In this document: positions 11,201 through 24,882 of the stretch, one piece after another | How positions within the stretch are numbered: position 1 is the first letter of the stretch | Layout of the letters: each line of letters opens with the position of its first letter | Assembly: GCA_964016885.1 (NCBI GenBank) | Contig: OZ024742.1 | Coordinates: 226,424,001 to 226,488,000 of the forward strand | Direction: 5' to 3' | DNA length: 64,000 bases | Origin: Eledone cirrhosa | Taxonomy: Eukaryota | Translations under genes and position numbers: made by a program | Notes under the pieces: model-generated | Database searches by the model: none | The model's input: only the letters and a program-made list of their open reading frames with translations | Told to the model about the DNA's origin: nothing

Positions 11201-14200
11201 GTTGGTGGTGGTGTTGGTACTGTTACAGTAGGTAGTGTTACTGCTGTAGTTGGTGGTGGTGTTACTACTGTTACAGTAGTTGGTGTTACTGATGTAGTTG
11301 GTGGTGGTGTTAGTACTGTTAGAGTAGGTGGTGATACTGCTGTAGTTTGTAGTGGTGTTACTACTGTTACAGTAGGTGGTGTTACTGCTGTAGTTGGTAG
11401 TGGTGTTAGTACTGTTACAGTAGGTGGTGTTACTGCTGTAGTTGGTAGTGGTGTTGGTACTGTAACAGTAGGTAGTGTTACTTCCGTAGTTGGTGGTGGT
11501 GTTAGTAGTGTTAGAGTAGGTGGTGTTACTGGTGTATTTGGTGGTGGTGTTAGTACTGTTACAGTAGGTGGTGTTACTGCTCTAGTTGGTGGTGGTTTCA
11601 GTAATGTTACAATAGTTGGTGTTACTACTGTAGTTGGTGGTGGTGTTATTACTGTTACAGTAGGTGGTGTTACTGCTGTAGTTGGTGGTGGTGTTAGTAC
11701 TGTTACAGTAGGTGGTGTTACTGCTGTAGTTGGTGGTGGTGTTAGTACCGTTACAGTAGGTGGTGTTAATGCTGTAGTTGGTGGTGGTGTTAGTTAGTTA
11801 CAGTAGGTGGTGTTACTGCTGTAGTTGGTAGTGGTGTTAGTTAGTTACAGTAGGTGGTGTTACTGCTGTAGTTGGTAGTGGTGTTAGTACTGTTACAGTA
11901 GGTGGTGTTATTGCTGTAGTTGGTAGTGGTGTTACTACTGTTACAGTAGGTGGTGTTACTGCTGTATTTGGTAGTGGTGTTGGTACTGTTACAGTAGGTG
12001 GTGTTACTGCTGTAGTTGGTGGTGGCGTTAGTACTGTTACAGTAGGTGGTGTAACTGCTGTAGTTGGTGGTGGTGTTAGTTAGTTACAGTAGGTGGTGTT
12101 ACTGCTGTAGTTGGTGGTGGTGTTAGTACTGTTACTGTAGGTGGTGTTACTGCTGTAGTTGGTGGTGGTGTTAGTACTGTTACAGTAGGTGGTGTTAATG
12201 CTGTAGTTGGTGGTGGTGTTAGTACTGTTACAGTAGGTGGTGTTACTGCTGTAGTTGGTGGTGGGGTTAGTATTGTTACAGTAGTTGGTGTTACTACTGT
12301 AGTTGATGGTGGTGTTAGTACTGTTACAGTAGGTAGTGTTACTGCTGTAGTTGGTGGTGGTGTTACTACTGTTACAGTAGTTGGTGTTACTGCTGTAGTT
12401 GGTGGTGGTGTTAGTACTGTTACAGTAGGTGGTGTTACTGCTGTAGTTGGTAGTGGTGTTACTACTGTTACAGTAGGTGGTGTTACTGCTGTAGTTGGTG
12501 GTGGTGTTAGTACTGTTACTGTTGGTGGTGTTACTGCTGTAGTTGGTGGTGGTGTTAGTACTGTTACTGTTGGTGGTGTTACTGCTGTAGTTGGTGGTGG
12601 TGTTACTACTGTTACAGTAGGTGGTGTTACTGCTGAAGTTGGTGGAGGTGTTAGTACTGTTACTGTTGGTGGTGTTACTGCTGTAGTTGGTGGTGGTGTT
12701 AGTACTGTTACAGTAGGTGGTGTTACAGCTGTAGTTGCTAGTGGTGTTAGTACTGTTACAGTAGGTGGTGTTACTGCTGAAGTTGGTGGAGGTGTTAGTA
12801 CTGTTACAGTAGGTTGTGTTACTGCTGTAGGTGGTAGTGGTGTTAGTACTGTGACAGTAGGTGGTGTTACTGCTGTAGTTGGTGGTGGTGTTGGTACTGT
12901 TACAGTAGGTAGTGTTACTGCTGTAGTTGGTGGTGGTGGTGGTACTACTGTTACAGTAGTTGGTGTTACTGCCGTAGTTGGTGGTGGTGTTAGTACTGTT
13001 AGAGTAGGTGGTGATACTGCTGTAGTTTGTAGTGGTGTTACTACTGTTACAGTAGGTGGTGTTACTGCTGTAGTTGGTAGTGGTGTTAGTACTGTTACAG
13101 TAGGTGGTGTTACTGCTGTAGTTGGTAGTGGTGTTGGTACTGTTACAGTAGGTGGTGTTACTGCTGTAGTTGGTGGTGGTGTTAGTACTGTTACAGTAGG
13201 TGGTGTTACTGCTGTAGTTGGTGGTGGTGTTAGTACTGTTACAGTATGTGGTGTTACTGCTGTAGTTGGTGGTGATGTTACTACTGTTACAGTAGTTGGT
13301 GTTACTGCTGTAGTTGGTGGTGGTGTTAGTACTGTTACAGTAGGTGGTGTTACTGCTGTAGTTGGTGGTGGTGTTAGTACTGTTACAGTAGGTGGTGTTA
13401 ATGCTGTAGTTGGTGGTGGTGTTAGTACTGTTACAGTAGGTGGTGTTACTGCTGTAGTTGCTGGTGGGGTTAGTACTGTTACAGTAGTTGGTGTTACTGC
13501 TGTAGCTGATGGTGGTGTTAGTACTGTTACAGTAGGTAGTGTTACTGCTGTAGTTGGTAGTGGTGTTGGTACTGTTACAGTAGGTAGTATTACTGCCGTA
13601 GTTGGTGGTGGTGTTAGTAGTGTTAGAGTAGGTGGTGTTACTGCTGTAGTTTGTAGTGGTGTTAGTACTGTTACAGTAGTTGGTGTTACTGCTGTAGTTG
13701 GTGGTGGTGTTATTACTGTTACAGTAGGTGGTGTTACTGCTGTAGTTGGTGGTGGTGTTAGTACCGTTACAGTAGGTGGTGTTACTTGTGTATTTGGTGG
13801 TGGTGTTAGTACTGTTACAGTAGGTGGTGTTACTGCTGTAGTTGGTGGTGGTTTCAGTAATGTTACAATAGTTGGTGTTACTACTGTAGTTGGTGGTGGT
13901 GTTATTACTGTTACAGTAGGTGGTGTTACTGCTGTAGTTGGTGGTGGTGTTAGTACTGTTGCAGTAGGTGGTGTTACTGCTGTAGTTGGTGGTGGTGTTG
14001 GTACTGTTACAGTAGGTAGTGTTACTGCTGTAGTTGGTGGTGGTGTTACTACTGTTACAGTACTTGGTGTTACTGCTGTAGTTGGTGGTGGTGTTAGTAC
14101 TGTTAGAGTAGGTGGTGATACTGCTGTAGTTTGTAGTGGTGTTACTACTGTTACAGTAGGTGGTGTTACTGCTGTAGTTGGTAGTGGTGTTAGTACTGTT

Positions 14201-16139
14201 ACAGTAGGTGGTGTTACTGCTGTAGTTGGTAGTGGTGTTGGTACTGTTACAGTAGGTAGTGTTACTGCTGTAGTTGGTGGTGATGTTACTACTGTTACAG
14301 TAGTTGGTGTTACTGCTGTAGTTGGTGGTGGTGTTAGTACTGTTACAGTAGGTGGTGTTACTGCTGAAGTTGGTGGTGGTGTTAGTACTGTTACAGTAGG
14401 TGGTGTTAATGCTGTAGTTGGTGGTGGTGTTAGTACTGTTACAGTAGGTGGTGTTACTGCTGTAGTTGGTGGTGGGGTTAGTACTGTTACAGTAGTTGGT
14501 GTTACTGCTGTAGTTGATGGTGGTGTTAGTACTGTTACAGTAGGTAGTGTTACTGCTGTAGTTGGTGGTGGTGTTAGTACTGTTACAGTAGGTGGTGTTA
14601 CTGCTGTAGTTGGTGGTGGTTTCAGTAATGTTACAATAGTTGGTGTTACTACTGTAGTTGGTGGTGGTGTTATTACTGTTACAGTAGGTGGTGTTACTGC
14701 TGCAGTTGGTGGTGGTGTTAGTACTGTTACAGTAGGTGGTGTTACTGCTGTAGTTGGTGGTGGTGTTAGTACTGTTACAGTAGGTGGTGTTAATGCTGTA
14801 GTTGGTGGTGGTGTTAGTACTGTTACAGTAGGTGGTGTTACTGCTTTAGTTGGTTGTGGTGTTATTACTGTTACAGTAGGTGGTGTTACTGCTGTAGTTG
14901 CTGGTGGTGTTAGTACTGTTACAGTAGGTGGTGTTACTGCTGTAGTTGGTGGTGGTGTTAGTACTGTTACAGTAGGTGGTGTTAATACTGTAGTTGGTGG
15001 TGGTGTTATTTAGTTACAGTAGGTGGTGTTACAGATGTAGTTGCTGGTGGTGTTAGTACTGTTACAGTAGGTGGTGTTACTGCTGTAGTTGGTGGAGGTG
15101 TTAGTACTGTTACAGTAGGTGGTGTTACTGCTGTAGTTGGTGGTGGTGTTAGTACCGTTACAGTAGGTGGTGTTACTGCTGTAGTTGGTGGTGGTGTTAG
15201 TACTGTTACAGTAGGTGGTGTTAATGCTGTAGTTGGTGGTGGTGTTATTACAGTTACAGTAGGTGGTGTTACTGCTGTAGTTGGTGGTGGTGTTAGTACT
15301 GTTACAGTAGGTGGTGTTACTGCTGTAGTTGGTGGTGGTGTTATTACTGTTACAGTAGGTGGTGTTACTGCTGTAGTTGGTAGTGGTGTTAGTACTGTTA
15401 CAGTAGGTGGTGTTACTGCTGTAGTTGGTGGTGGAGTTAGTACTGTTACAGTTGGTGGTGTTACTGCTGTAGTTGGTGGTGGTGTTAGTACTGTTACAGT
15501 AGGTGGTGTTACTGCTGTAGTTGGTTGTGGTGTTACTACTGTTACAGTAGGTGGTGTTACTGCTGTAGTTGGTGGTGGTGTTAGTACTGTTACAGTAGGT
15601 GGTGTTACTGCTGTAGTTGGTTCTGGTGTTAGTACTGTTACAGTAGGTGGTGTTACTGCTGTAGTTGGTAGTGGTGTTGGTACTGTTACAGTAGGTAGTG
15701 TTACTGCTGTAGTTGGTGGTGGTGTTAGTACTGGTACAGTAGGTGGTGTTACTGCTGTAGTTGGTGGTGGTGTTAGTACTGTTACAGTAGGTGGTGTTAC
15801 TGCCGTAGTTGGTGGTGGTGTTAGTACTGTTACAGTAGGTGGTGTTACTGCTGTAGTTGGTGGTGGTGTTAGTACTGTTACAGTAGGTGGTGTTACTGTT
15901 GTAGTTGGTGGTGCTGTTAGTACTGTTATAGTAGGTGGTGTTACTGCTGTAGTTGGTGGTGGTGTTAGTACTGTAACAGTAGGTGGTGTTACTGCTGTAG
16001 TTGGTGGTGGTGTTAGTACTGTTACAGTAGGTGGTCTTACTGCTGTAGTTGGTGGTGGTGTTAGTACTGTTACAGTAGGTGGTGTTACTGTTGTAGTTGG
16101 TGGTGGTGTTAGTACTGTTACAGTAGTTGGTGTTAGTAC

Positions 16140-19100
16140 TGTTACAGTAGGTGGTGTTACTGCTGTAGTTCGTTGTGGTGTTAGTAGTGTTACAGTAGGT
16201 GGTGTTACTGCTTTAGTTGGTTGTGGTGTTATTACTGTTACAGTAGGTGGTGTTACTGCTGTAGTTGCTGGTGGTGTTAGTACTGTTACAGTAGGTGGTG
16301 TTACTGCTGTAGTTGGTGGTGGTGTTAGTACTGTTACAGTAGGTGGTGTTAATGCTGTAGTTGGTGGTGGTGTTATTTAGTTACAGTAGGTGGTGTTACA
16401 GATGTAGTTGGTGGTGGTGTTAGTACTGTTACAGTAGGTGGTGTTACTGCTGTAGTTGGTGGAGGTGTTAGTACTGTTACAGTAGGTGGTGTTACTGCTG
16501 TAGTTGGTTGTGGTGTTACTACTGTAACAGTAGGTGGTGTTACTGCTGTAGTTGGTGGTGGTGTTAGTACTGTTACAGTAGGTGGTGTTACTGCTGTAGT
16601 TGGTTCTGGTGTTAGTACTGTTACAGTAGGTGGTGTTACTGCTGTAGTTGGTAGTGGTGTTGGTACTGTTACAGTAGGTAGTGTTACTGCTGTAGTTGGT
16701 GGTGGTGTTAGTACTGGTACAGTAGGTGGTGTTACTGCTGTAGTTGGTGGTGGTGTTAGTACTGTTACAGTAGGTGGTGTTACTGCCGTAGTTGGTGGTG
16801 GTGTTAGTACTGTAACAGTAGGTGGTGTTACTGCTGTAGTTGGTGGTGGTGTTAGTACTGTTACAGTAGGTGGTGTTACTGTTGTAGTTGGTGGTGCTGT
16901 TAGTACTGTTATAGTAGGTGTGTTACTGCTGTAGTTGGTGGTGGTGTTAGTACTGTAACAGTAGGTGGTGTTACTGCTGTAGTTGGTGGTGGTGTTAGTA
17001 CTGTTACAGTAGGTGGTCTTACTGCTGTAGTTGGTGGTGGTGTTAGTACTGTTACAGTAGGTGGTGTTACTGTTGTAGTTGGTGGTGGTGTTAGTACTGT
17101 TACAGTAGTTGGTGTTAGTACTGTTACAGTAGGTGGTGTTACTGCTGTAGTTCGTTGTGGTGTTAGTAGTGTTACAGTAGGTGGTGTTACTGCTTTAGTT
17201 GGTTGTGGTGTTATTACTGTTACAGTAGGTGGTGTTACTGCTGTAGTTGCTGGTGGTGTTAGTACTGTTACAGTAGGTGGTGTTACTGCTGTAGTTGGTG
17301 GTGGTGTTAGTACTGTTACAGTAGGTGGTGTTAATGCTGTAGTTGGTGGTGGTGTTATTTAGTTACAGTAGGTGGTGTTACAGATGTAGTTGGTGGTGGT
17401 GTTAGTACTGTTACAGTAGGTGGTGTTACTGCTGTAGTTGGTGGAGGTGTTAGTACTGTTACAGTAGGTGGTGTTACTGCTGTAGTTGGTGGTGGTGTTA
17501 GTAACGTTACAGTAGGTGGTGTTACTGCTGTAGTTGGTGGTGGTGTTAGTACTGTTACAGTAGGTGGTGTTAATGCTGTAGTTGGTGGTGGTGTTATTAC
17601 TGTTACAGTAGGTGGTGTTACTGCTGTAGTTGGTGGTGGTGTTAGTACTGTTACAGTAGGTGGTGTTACTGCTGTAGTTCGTGGTGGTGTTAGTACTGTT
17701 ACAGTAGTTGGTGGTGGTGTTAGTACTGTTACAGTAGGTGGTGTTACTGCTGTAGTTGGTGGTGGTGTTAGTACTGTTACAGTAGGTGGTGTTACTGCTG
17801 TAGTTGGTAGTGGTGTTAGTACTGTTACAGTAGGTGGTGTTAATGCTGTAGTTGGTGGTGGAGTTAGTACTGTTACAGTTGGTGGTGTTACTGCTGTGGT
17901 TGGTGGTGGTGTTAGTACTGTTACAGTAGGTGGTGTTACTGCTGTAGTTGGTTGTGGTGTTAGTACTGTTACAGTAGGTGGTGTTACTGCTGTAGTTGGT
18001 GGTGGTGTTAGTACTGTTACTGTTGGTGGTGTTACTGCTGTAGTTGGTTGTGGTGTTAGTACTGTTACAGTAGGTGGTGTTACTGCTGTAGTTGGTTGTG
18101 GTGTTAGTACTGTTACAGTAGGTGGTGTTACTGCTGTAGTTGGTAGTGGTGTTGGTACTGTGACAGTAGGTAGTGTTACTGCTGTAGTTGGTGGTGGTGT
18201 TAGTACTGGTACAGTAGGTGGTGTTACTGCTGTAGTTGGTAGTGGTGTTAGTACTGTTATAGTAGGTGGTGTTACTGCTGTAGTTGGTGGTGGTGTTAGT
18301 ACTGTTACAGTAGGTGGTGTTACTGCTGTAGTTGGTGGTGGTGTTAGTACTGTTACAGTAGGTGGTGTTACTGCTGTAGTTGGTGGTGGTGTTAGTACTG
18401 TTACAGTAGGTGGTGTTACTGTTGTAGTTGGTGGTGGTGTTAGTACTGTTACAGTAGTTGGTGTTAGTACTGTTACAGTAGGTAGTGTTACTGCTGTAGT
18501 TGGTGGTGGTGTTACTACTGTTACAGTAGTTGGTGTTACTGCTGTAGTTGGTGGTGGTGTTAGTACTGTTACAGTAGGTGGTGTTACTGCTGTAGTTGGT
18601 GGTGGTTTCAGTAATGTTACAATAGTTGGTGTTACTGCTGTAGTTGGTGGTGGTGTTAGTACTGTTACAGTAGGTGGTGTTACTGCTTTAGTTGGTTGTG
18701 GTGTTATTACTGTTACAGTAGGTGGTGTTACTGCTGTAGTTGCTGGTGGTGTTAGTACTGTTACAGTAGGTGGTGTTACTGCTGTAGTTGGTGGTGGTGT
18801 TAGTACTGTTACAGTAGGTGGTGTTAATGCTGTAGTTGGTGGTGGTGTTATTTAGTTACAGTAGGTGGTGTTACAGATGTAGTTGGTGGTGGTGTTAGTA
18901 CTGTTACAGTAGGTGGTGTTGCTGCTGTAGTTGGTGGAGGTGTTAGTACTGTTACAGTAGGTGGTGTTACTGCTGTAGTTGGTGGTGGTGTTAGTACCGT
19001 TACAGTAGGTGGTGTTACTGCTGTAGTTGGTGGTGGTGTTAGTACTGTTACAGTAGGTGGTGTTAATGCACTAGTTGGTGGTGATGTTATTACTGTTACA

Positions 19101-21410
19101 GTAGGTGGTGTTACTGCTGTAGTTGGTGGTGGTGTTAGTACTGTTACAGTAGGTGGTGTTACTGCTGTAGTTGGTGGTGGTGTTAGTACTGTTACAGTAG
19201 GTGGTGTTACAGCTGTAGTTGGTAGTGGTGTTAGTACTGTTACAGTAGGTGGTGTTACTGCTGTAGTTGGTGGTGGAGTTAGTACTGTTACAGTTGGTGG
19301 TGTTACTGCTGTAGTTGGTGGTGGTGTTAGTACTGTTACAGTAGGTGGTGTTACTGCTGTAGTTGGTTGTGGTGTTAGTACTGTTACAGTAGGTGGTGTT
19401 ACTGCTGTAGTTGGTGGTGGTGTTAGTACTGTTACAGTAGGTGGTGTTACTGCTGTAGTTGGTTGTGGTGTTAGTACTGTTACAGTAGGTGGTGTTACTG
19501 CTGTAGTTGGTAGTGGTGTTGGTACTGTTACAGTAGGTGGTGTTACTGCTGTAGTTCGTTGTGGTGTTAGTAGTGTTACAGTAGGTGGTGTTACTGCTTT
19601 AGTTGGTTGTGGTGTTATTACTGTTACAGTAGGTGGTGTTACTGCTGTAGTTGGTGGTGGTGTTAGTACTGTTACAGTAGGTGGTGTTACTGCTGTAGTT
19701 GGTGGTGGTGTTAGTACTGTTACAGTAGGTGGTGTTAATGCTGTAGTTGGTGGTGGTGTTATTTAGTTACAGTAGGTGGTGTTACAGATGTAGTTGGTGG
19801 TGGTGTTAGTACTGTTACAGTAGGTGGTGTTACTGCTGTAGTTGGTGGAGGTGTTAGTACTGTTACAGTAGGTGGTGTTACTGCTGTAGTTGGTTGTGGT
19901 GTTACTACTGTAACAGTAGGTGGTGTTACTGCTGTAGTTGGTGGTGGTGTTAGTACTGTTACAGTAGGTGGTGTTACTGCTGTAGTTGGTTCTGGTGTTA
20001 GTACTGTTACAGTAGGTGGTGTTACTGCTGTAGTTGGTAGTGGTGTTGGTACTGTTACAGTAGGTAGTGTTACTGCTGTAGTTGGTGGTGGTGTTAGTAC
20101 TGGTAGAGTAGGTGGTGTTACTGCTGTAGTTGGTGGTGGTGTTAGTACTGTTACAGTAGGTGGTGTTACTGCCGTAGTTGGTGGTGGTGTTAGTACTGTA
20201 ACAGTAGGTGGTGTTACTGCTGTAGTTGGTGGTGGTGTTAGTACTGTTACAGTAGGTGGTGTTACTGTTGTAGTTGGTGGTGCTGTTAGTACTGTTATAG
20301 CAGGTGGTGTTACTGCTGTAGTTGGTGGTGGTGTTAGTACTGTAACAGTAGGTGGTGTTACTGCTGTAGTTGGTGGTGGTGTTAGTACTGTTACAGTAGG
20401 TGGTCTTACTGCTGTAGTTGGTGGTGGTGTTAGTACTGTTACAGTAGGTGGTGTTACTGTTGTAGTTGGTGGTGGTGTTAGTACTGTTACAGTAGTTGGT
20501 GTTAGTACTGTTACAGTAGGTGGTGTTACTGCTGTAGTTCGTTGTGGTGTTAGTAGTGTTACAGTAGGTGGTGTTACTGCTTTAGTTGGTTGTGGTGTTA
20601 TTACTGTTACAGTAGGTGGTGTTACTGCTGTAGTTGCTGGTGGTGTTAGTACTGTTACAGTAGGTGGTGTTACTGCTGTAGTTGGTGGTGGTGTTAGTAC
20701 TGTTACAGTAGGTGGTGTTAATGCTGTAGTTGGTGGTGGTGTTATTTAGTTACAGTAGGTGGTGTTACAGATGTAGTTGGTGGTGGTGTTAGTACTGTTA
20801 CAGTAGGTGGTGTTACTGCTGTAGTTGGTGGAGGTGTTAGTACTGTTACAGTAGGTGGTGTTACTGCTGTAGTTGGTGGTGGTGTTAGTAACGTTACAGT
20901 AGGTGGTGTTACTGCTGTAGTTGGTGGTGGTGTTAGTACTGTTACAGTAGGTGGTGTTAATGCTGTAGTTGGTGGTGGTGTTATTACTGTTACAGTAGGT
21001 GGTGTTACTGCTGTAGTTGGTGGTGGTGTTAGTACTGTTACAGTAGGTGGTGTTACTGCTGTAGTTCGTGGTGGTGTTAGTACTGTTACAGTAGTTGGTG
21101 TTAATGCTGTAGTTGGTGGTGGTGTTAGTACTGTTACAGTAGGTGGTGTTACTGCTGTAGTTGGTGGTGGTGTTAGTACTGTTACAGTAGGTGGTGTTAC
21201 TGCTGTAGTTGGTAGTGGTGTTAGTACTGTTACAGTAGGTGGTGTTAATGCTGTAGTTGGTGGTGGAGTTAGTACTGTTACAGTTGGTGGTGTTACTGCT
21301 GTGGTTGGTGGTGGTGTTAGTACTGTTACAGTAGGTGGTGTTACTGCTGTAGTTGGTTGTGGTGTTAGTACTGTTACAGTAGGTGGTGTTACTGCTGTAG
21401 TTGGTGGTGG
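16140..21410. repeat. Duplicated block of ~1.9 kb, offset 3386-3387 bp (about 16140-18020 and 19530-21410)
   Basis: The same rare variants occur in the same order: GTTCGTTGT, ATTTAG (16375 vs 19761; 17357 vs 20744), GGTTCTGGT, AGTAACGTT, GTTCGTGGT, GCTGTGGTT. A 1-bp deletion near 16920 in the first copy accounts for the offset change. Confidence 0.85.
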
Positions 21411-21459
21411 TGTTAGTACTGTGACAGTAGGTAGTGTTACTGCTGTAGTTGGTGGTGGT

Positions 21460-22075
21460 GTTAGTACTGTTACAGTAGGTGGTGTTACTGCTGTAGTTGG
21501 TAGTGGTGTTGGTACTGTGACAGTAGGTAGTGTTACTGCTGTAGTTGGTGGTGGTGTTAGTACTGGTACAGTAGGTGGTGTTACTGCTGTAGTTGGTAGT
21601 GCTGTTAGTACTGTTATAGTAGGTGGTGTTACTGCTGTAGTTGGTGGTGGTGTTAGTACTGTTACAGTAGGTGGTGTTACTGCTGTAGTTGGTAGTGGTG
21701 TTGGTACTGTGACAGTAGGTAGTGTTACTGCTGTAGTTGGTGGTGGTGTTAGTACTGGTACAGTAGGTGGTGTTACTGCTGTAGTTGGTAGTGCTGTTAG
21801 TACTGTTATAGTAGGTGGTGTTACTGCTGTAGTTGGTTGTGGTGTTAGTACTGTTACAGTAGGTGGTGTTACTGCTGTAGTTGGTAGTGGTGTTGGTACT
21901 GTGACAGTAGGTAGTGTTACTGCTGTAGTTGGTGGTGGTGTTAGTACTGGTACAGTAGGTGGTGTTACTGCTGTAGTTGGTAGTGCTGTTAGTACTGTTA
22001 TAGTAGGTGGTGTTACTGCTGTAGTTGGTGGTGGTGTTAGTACTGTTACAGTAGGTGGTGTTACTGCTGTAGTTG
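21460..22075. repeat. Local 4-monomer higher-order repeat, 192 bp x 3
   Basis: GGTACTGTGACAG recurs at 21511, 21703 and 21895. Each copy is followed by the ACTGGTACA and AGTGCTGTT...GTTATAGTA variants. Confidence 0.9.
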
Positions 22076-22095
22076 GTAGTGGTGTTAGTACTGTG

Positions 22096-24882
22096 ACAGT
22101 AGTTGGTGTTACTGCTGTACTTGGTGGCAGTGTTAGTACTGTTACAGTAGGTGGTGTAACTGCTGTAGTTGGTGGTGGTGTTAGTTAGTTACAGTAGGTG
22201 GTGTTACTGCTGTAGTTGGTGGTGTTGTTAGTACTGTTACTGTAGGTGGTGTTACTGCAGTACTTGGTGGTGGTGTTAGTACTGTTACAGTAGGTGGTGT
22301 TAATGCTGTAGTTGGTGGTGGTGTTAGTACTGTTACAGTAGGTGGTGTTACTGCTGTAGTTGGTTGTGGTGTTAGTACTGTTACAGTAGGTGGTGTTACT
22401 GCTGTAGTTGGTAGTGGTGTTAGTACTGTGACAGTAGTTGGTGTTACTGCTGTAGTTGGTGGTGGTGTTAGTACTGTTACAGTAGTTGGTGTTACTGCTG
22501 TAGTTGGTGGTGGTGTTAGTACTGTTACAGTAGGTGGTGTTACTGCTGTAGTTGGTGGTGGTGTTAGTACTGTTACAGTAGGTGGTGTTACTGCTGTAGT
22601 TGGTGGTGGTGTTAGTACTGTTACAGTAGGTGGTGTTACTGTTGTAGTTGGTGGTGGTGTTAGTACTGTTACAGTAGTTGGTGTTACTGCTGTAGTTGGT
22701 AGTGGTGTTAGTACTGTTACAGTAGGTGGTGTTACTGCTGTAGTTGCTGGTGGTGTTAGTACTGTTATAGTAGGTGGTGTTACTGCTGTAGTTGGTGGTG
22801 GTGTTAGTACTGTTACAGTAGGTGGTCTTACTGCTGTAGTTGGTAGTGGTGTTAGTACTGTTACAGTAGGTAGTGTTACTGCTGTAGTTGGTGGTGGTGT
22901 TACTACTGTTACAGTAGGTGGTGTTACTGCTGTAGTTGGTAGTGGTGTTAGTACTGTTACAGTAGGTGGTGTTACTGCTGTAGTTGGTGGTGGTGTTAGT
23001 ACTGTTACAGTAGGTAGTGTTACTGCTGTAGTTGGTGGTGGTGTTACTACTGTTACAGTAGTTGGTGTTACTGCTGTAGTTGGTGGTGGTGTTAGTACTG
23101 TTACAGTAGGTGGTGTTACTGCTGTAGTTGGTGGTGGTTTCAGTAATGTTACAATAGTTGGTGTTACTACTGTAGTTGGTGGTGGTGTTAGTACTGTTAC
23201 AGTAGGTGGTGTTACTGCTTTAGTTGGTTGTGGTGTTATTACTGTTACAGTAGGTGGTGTTACTGCTGTAGTTGCTGGTGGTGTTAGTACTGTTACAGTA
23301 GGTGGTGTTACTGCTGTAGTTGGTGGTGGTGTTAGTACTGTTACAGTAGGTGGTGTTAATGCTGTAGTTGGTGGTGGTGTTATTTAGTTACAGTAGGTGG
23401 TGTTACAGATGTAGTTGGTGGTGGTGTTAGTACTGTTACAGTAGGTGGTGTTGCTGCTGTAGTTGGTGGAGGTGTTAGTACTGTTACAGTAGTTGGTGTT
23501 ACTGCTGTACTTGGTGGCAGTGTTAGTACTGTTACAGTAGGTGGTGTAACTGCTGTAGTTGGTGGTGGTGTTAGTTAGTTACAGTAGGTGGTGTTACTGC
23601 TGTAGTTGGTGGTGTTGTTAGTACTGTTACTGTAGGTGGTGTTACTGCTGTACTTGGTGGTGGTGTTAGTACTGTTACAGTAGGTGGTGTTAATGCTGTA
23701 GTTGGTGGTGGTGTTAGTACTGTTACAGTAGGTGGTGTTACTGCTGTAGTTGGTTGTGGTGTTAGTACTGTTACAGTAGGTGGTGTTACTGCTGTAGTTG
23801 GTAGTGGTGTTAGTACTGTGACAGTAGTTGGTGTTACTGCTGTAGTTGGTGGTGGTGTTAGTACTGTTACAGTAGTTGGTGTTACTGCTGTAGTTGGTGG
23901 TGGTGTTAGTACTGTTACAGTAGGTGGTGTTACTGCTGTAGTTGGTGGTGGTGTTAGTACTGTTACAGTAGGTGGTGTTACTGCTGTAGTTGGTGGTGGT
24001 GTTAGTACTGTTACAGTAGGTGGTGTTACTGTTGTAGTTGGTGGTGGTGTTAGTACTGTTACAGTAGTTGGTGTTACTGCTGTAGTTGGTAGTGGTGTTA
24101 GTACTGTTACAGTAGGTGGTGTTACTGCTGTAGTTGCTGGTGGTGTTAGTACTGTTATAGTAGGTGGTGTTACTGCTGTAGTTGGTGGTGGTGTTAGTAC
24201 TGTTACAGTAGGTGGTCTTACTGCTGTAGTTGGTAGTGGTGTTAGTACTGTTACAGTAGGTAGTGTTACTGCTGTAGTTGGTGGTGGTGTTACTACTGTT
24301 ACAGTAGGTGGTGTTACTGCTGTAGTTGGTAGTGGTGTTAGTACTGTTACAGTAGGTGGTGTTACTGCTGTAGTTGGTGGTGGTGTTAGTACTGTTACAG
24401 TAGGTAGTGTTACTGCTGTAGTTGGTGGTGGTGTTACTACTGTTACAGTAGTTGGTGTTACTGCTGTAGTTGGTGGTGGTGTTAGTACTGTTACAGTAGG
24501 TGGTGTTACTGCTGTAGTTGGTGGTGGTTTCAGTAATGTTACAATAGTTGGTGTTACTACTGTAGTTGGTGGTGGTGTTAGTATTGTTACAGTAGGTGGT
24601 GTTACTGCTTTAGTTGGTTGTGGTGTTATTACTGTTACAGTAGGTGGTGTTACTGCTGTAGTTGCTGGTGGTGTTAGTACTGTTACAGTAGGTGGTGTTA
24701 CTGCTGTAGTTGGTGGTGGTGTTAGTACTGTTACAGTAGGTGGTGTTAATGCTGTAGTTGGTGGTGGTGTTATTTAGTTACAGTAGGTGGTGTTACAGAT
24801 GTAGTTGGTGGTGGTGTTAGTACTGTTACAGTAGGTGGTGTTGCTGCTGTAGTTGGTGGAGGTGTTAGTACTGTTACAGTAG
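22096..24882. repeat. Tandem duplication, period 1390 bp (29 monomers, two of them 47 bp)
   Basis: The GCTGTACTTGGTGGCAG landmark recurs 1390 bp apart (lines 22081 and 23461). ORFs 22428-23387 and 23818-24777 are offset by 1390 and differ by one residue. 29 x 48 - 2 = 1390. Confidence 0.93.
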
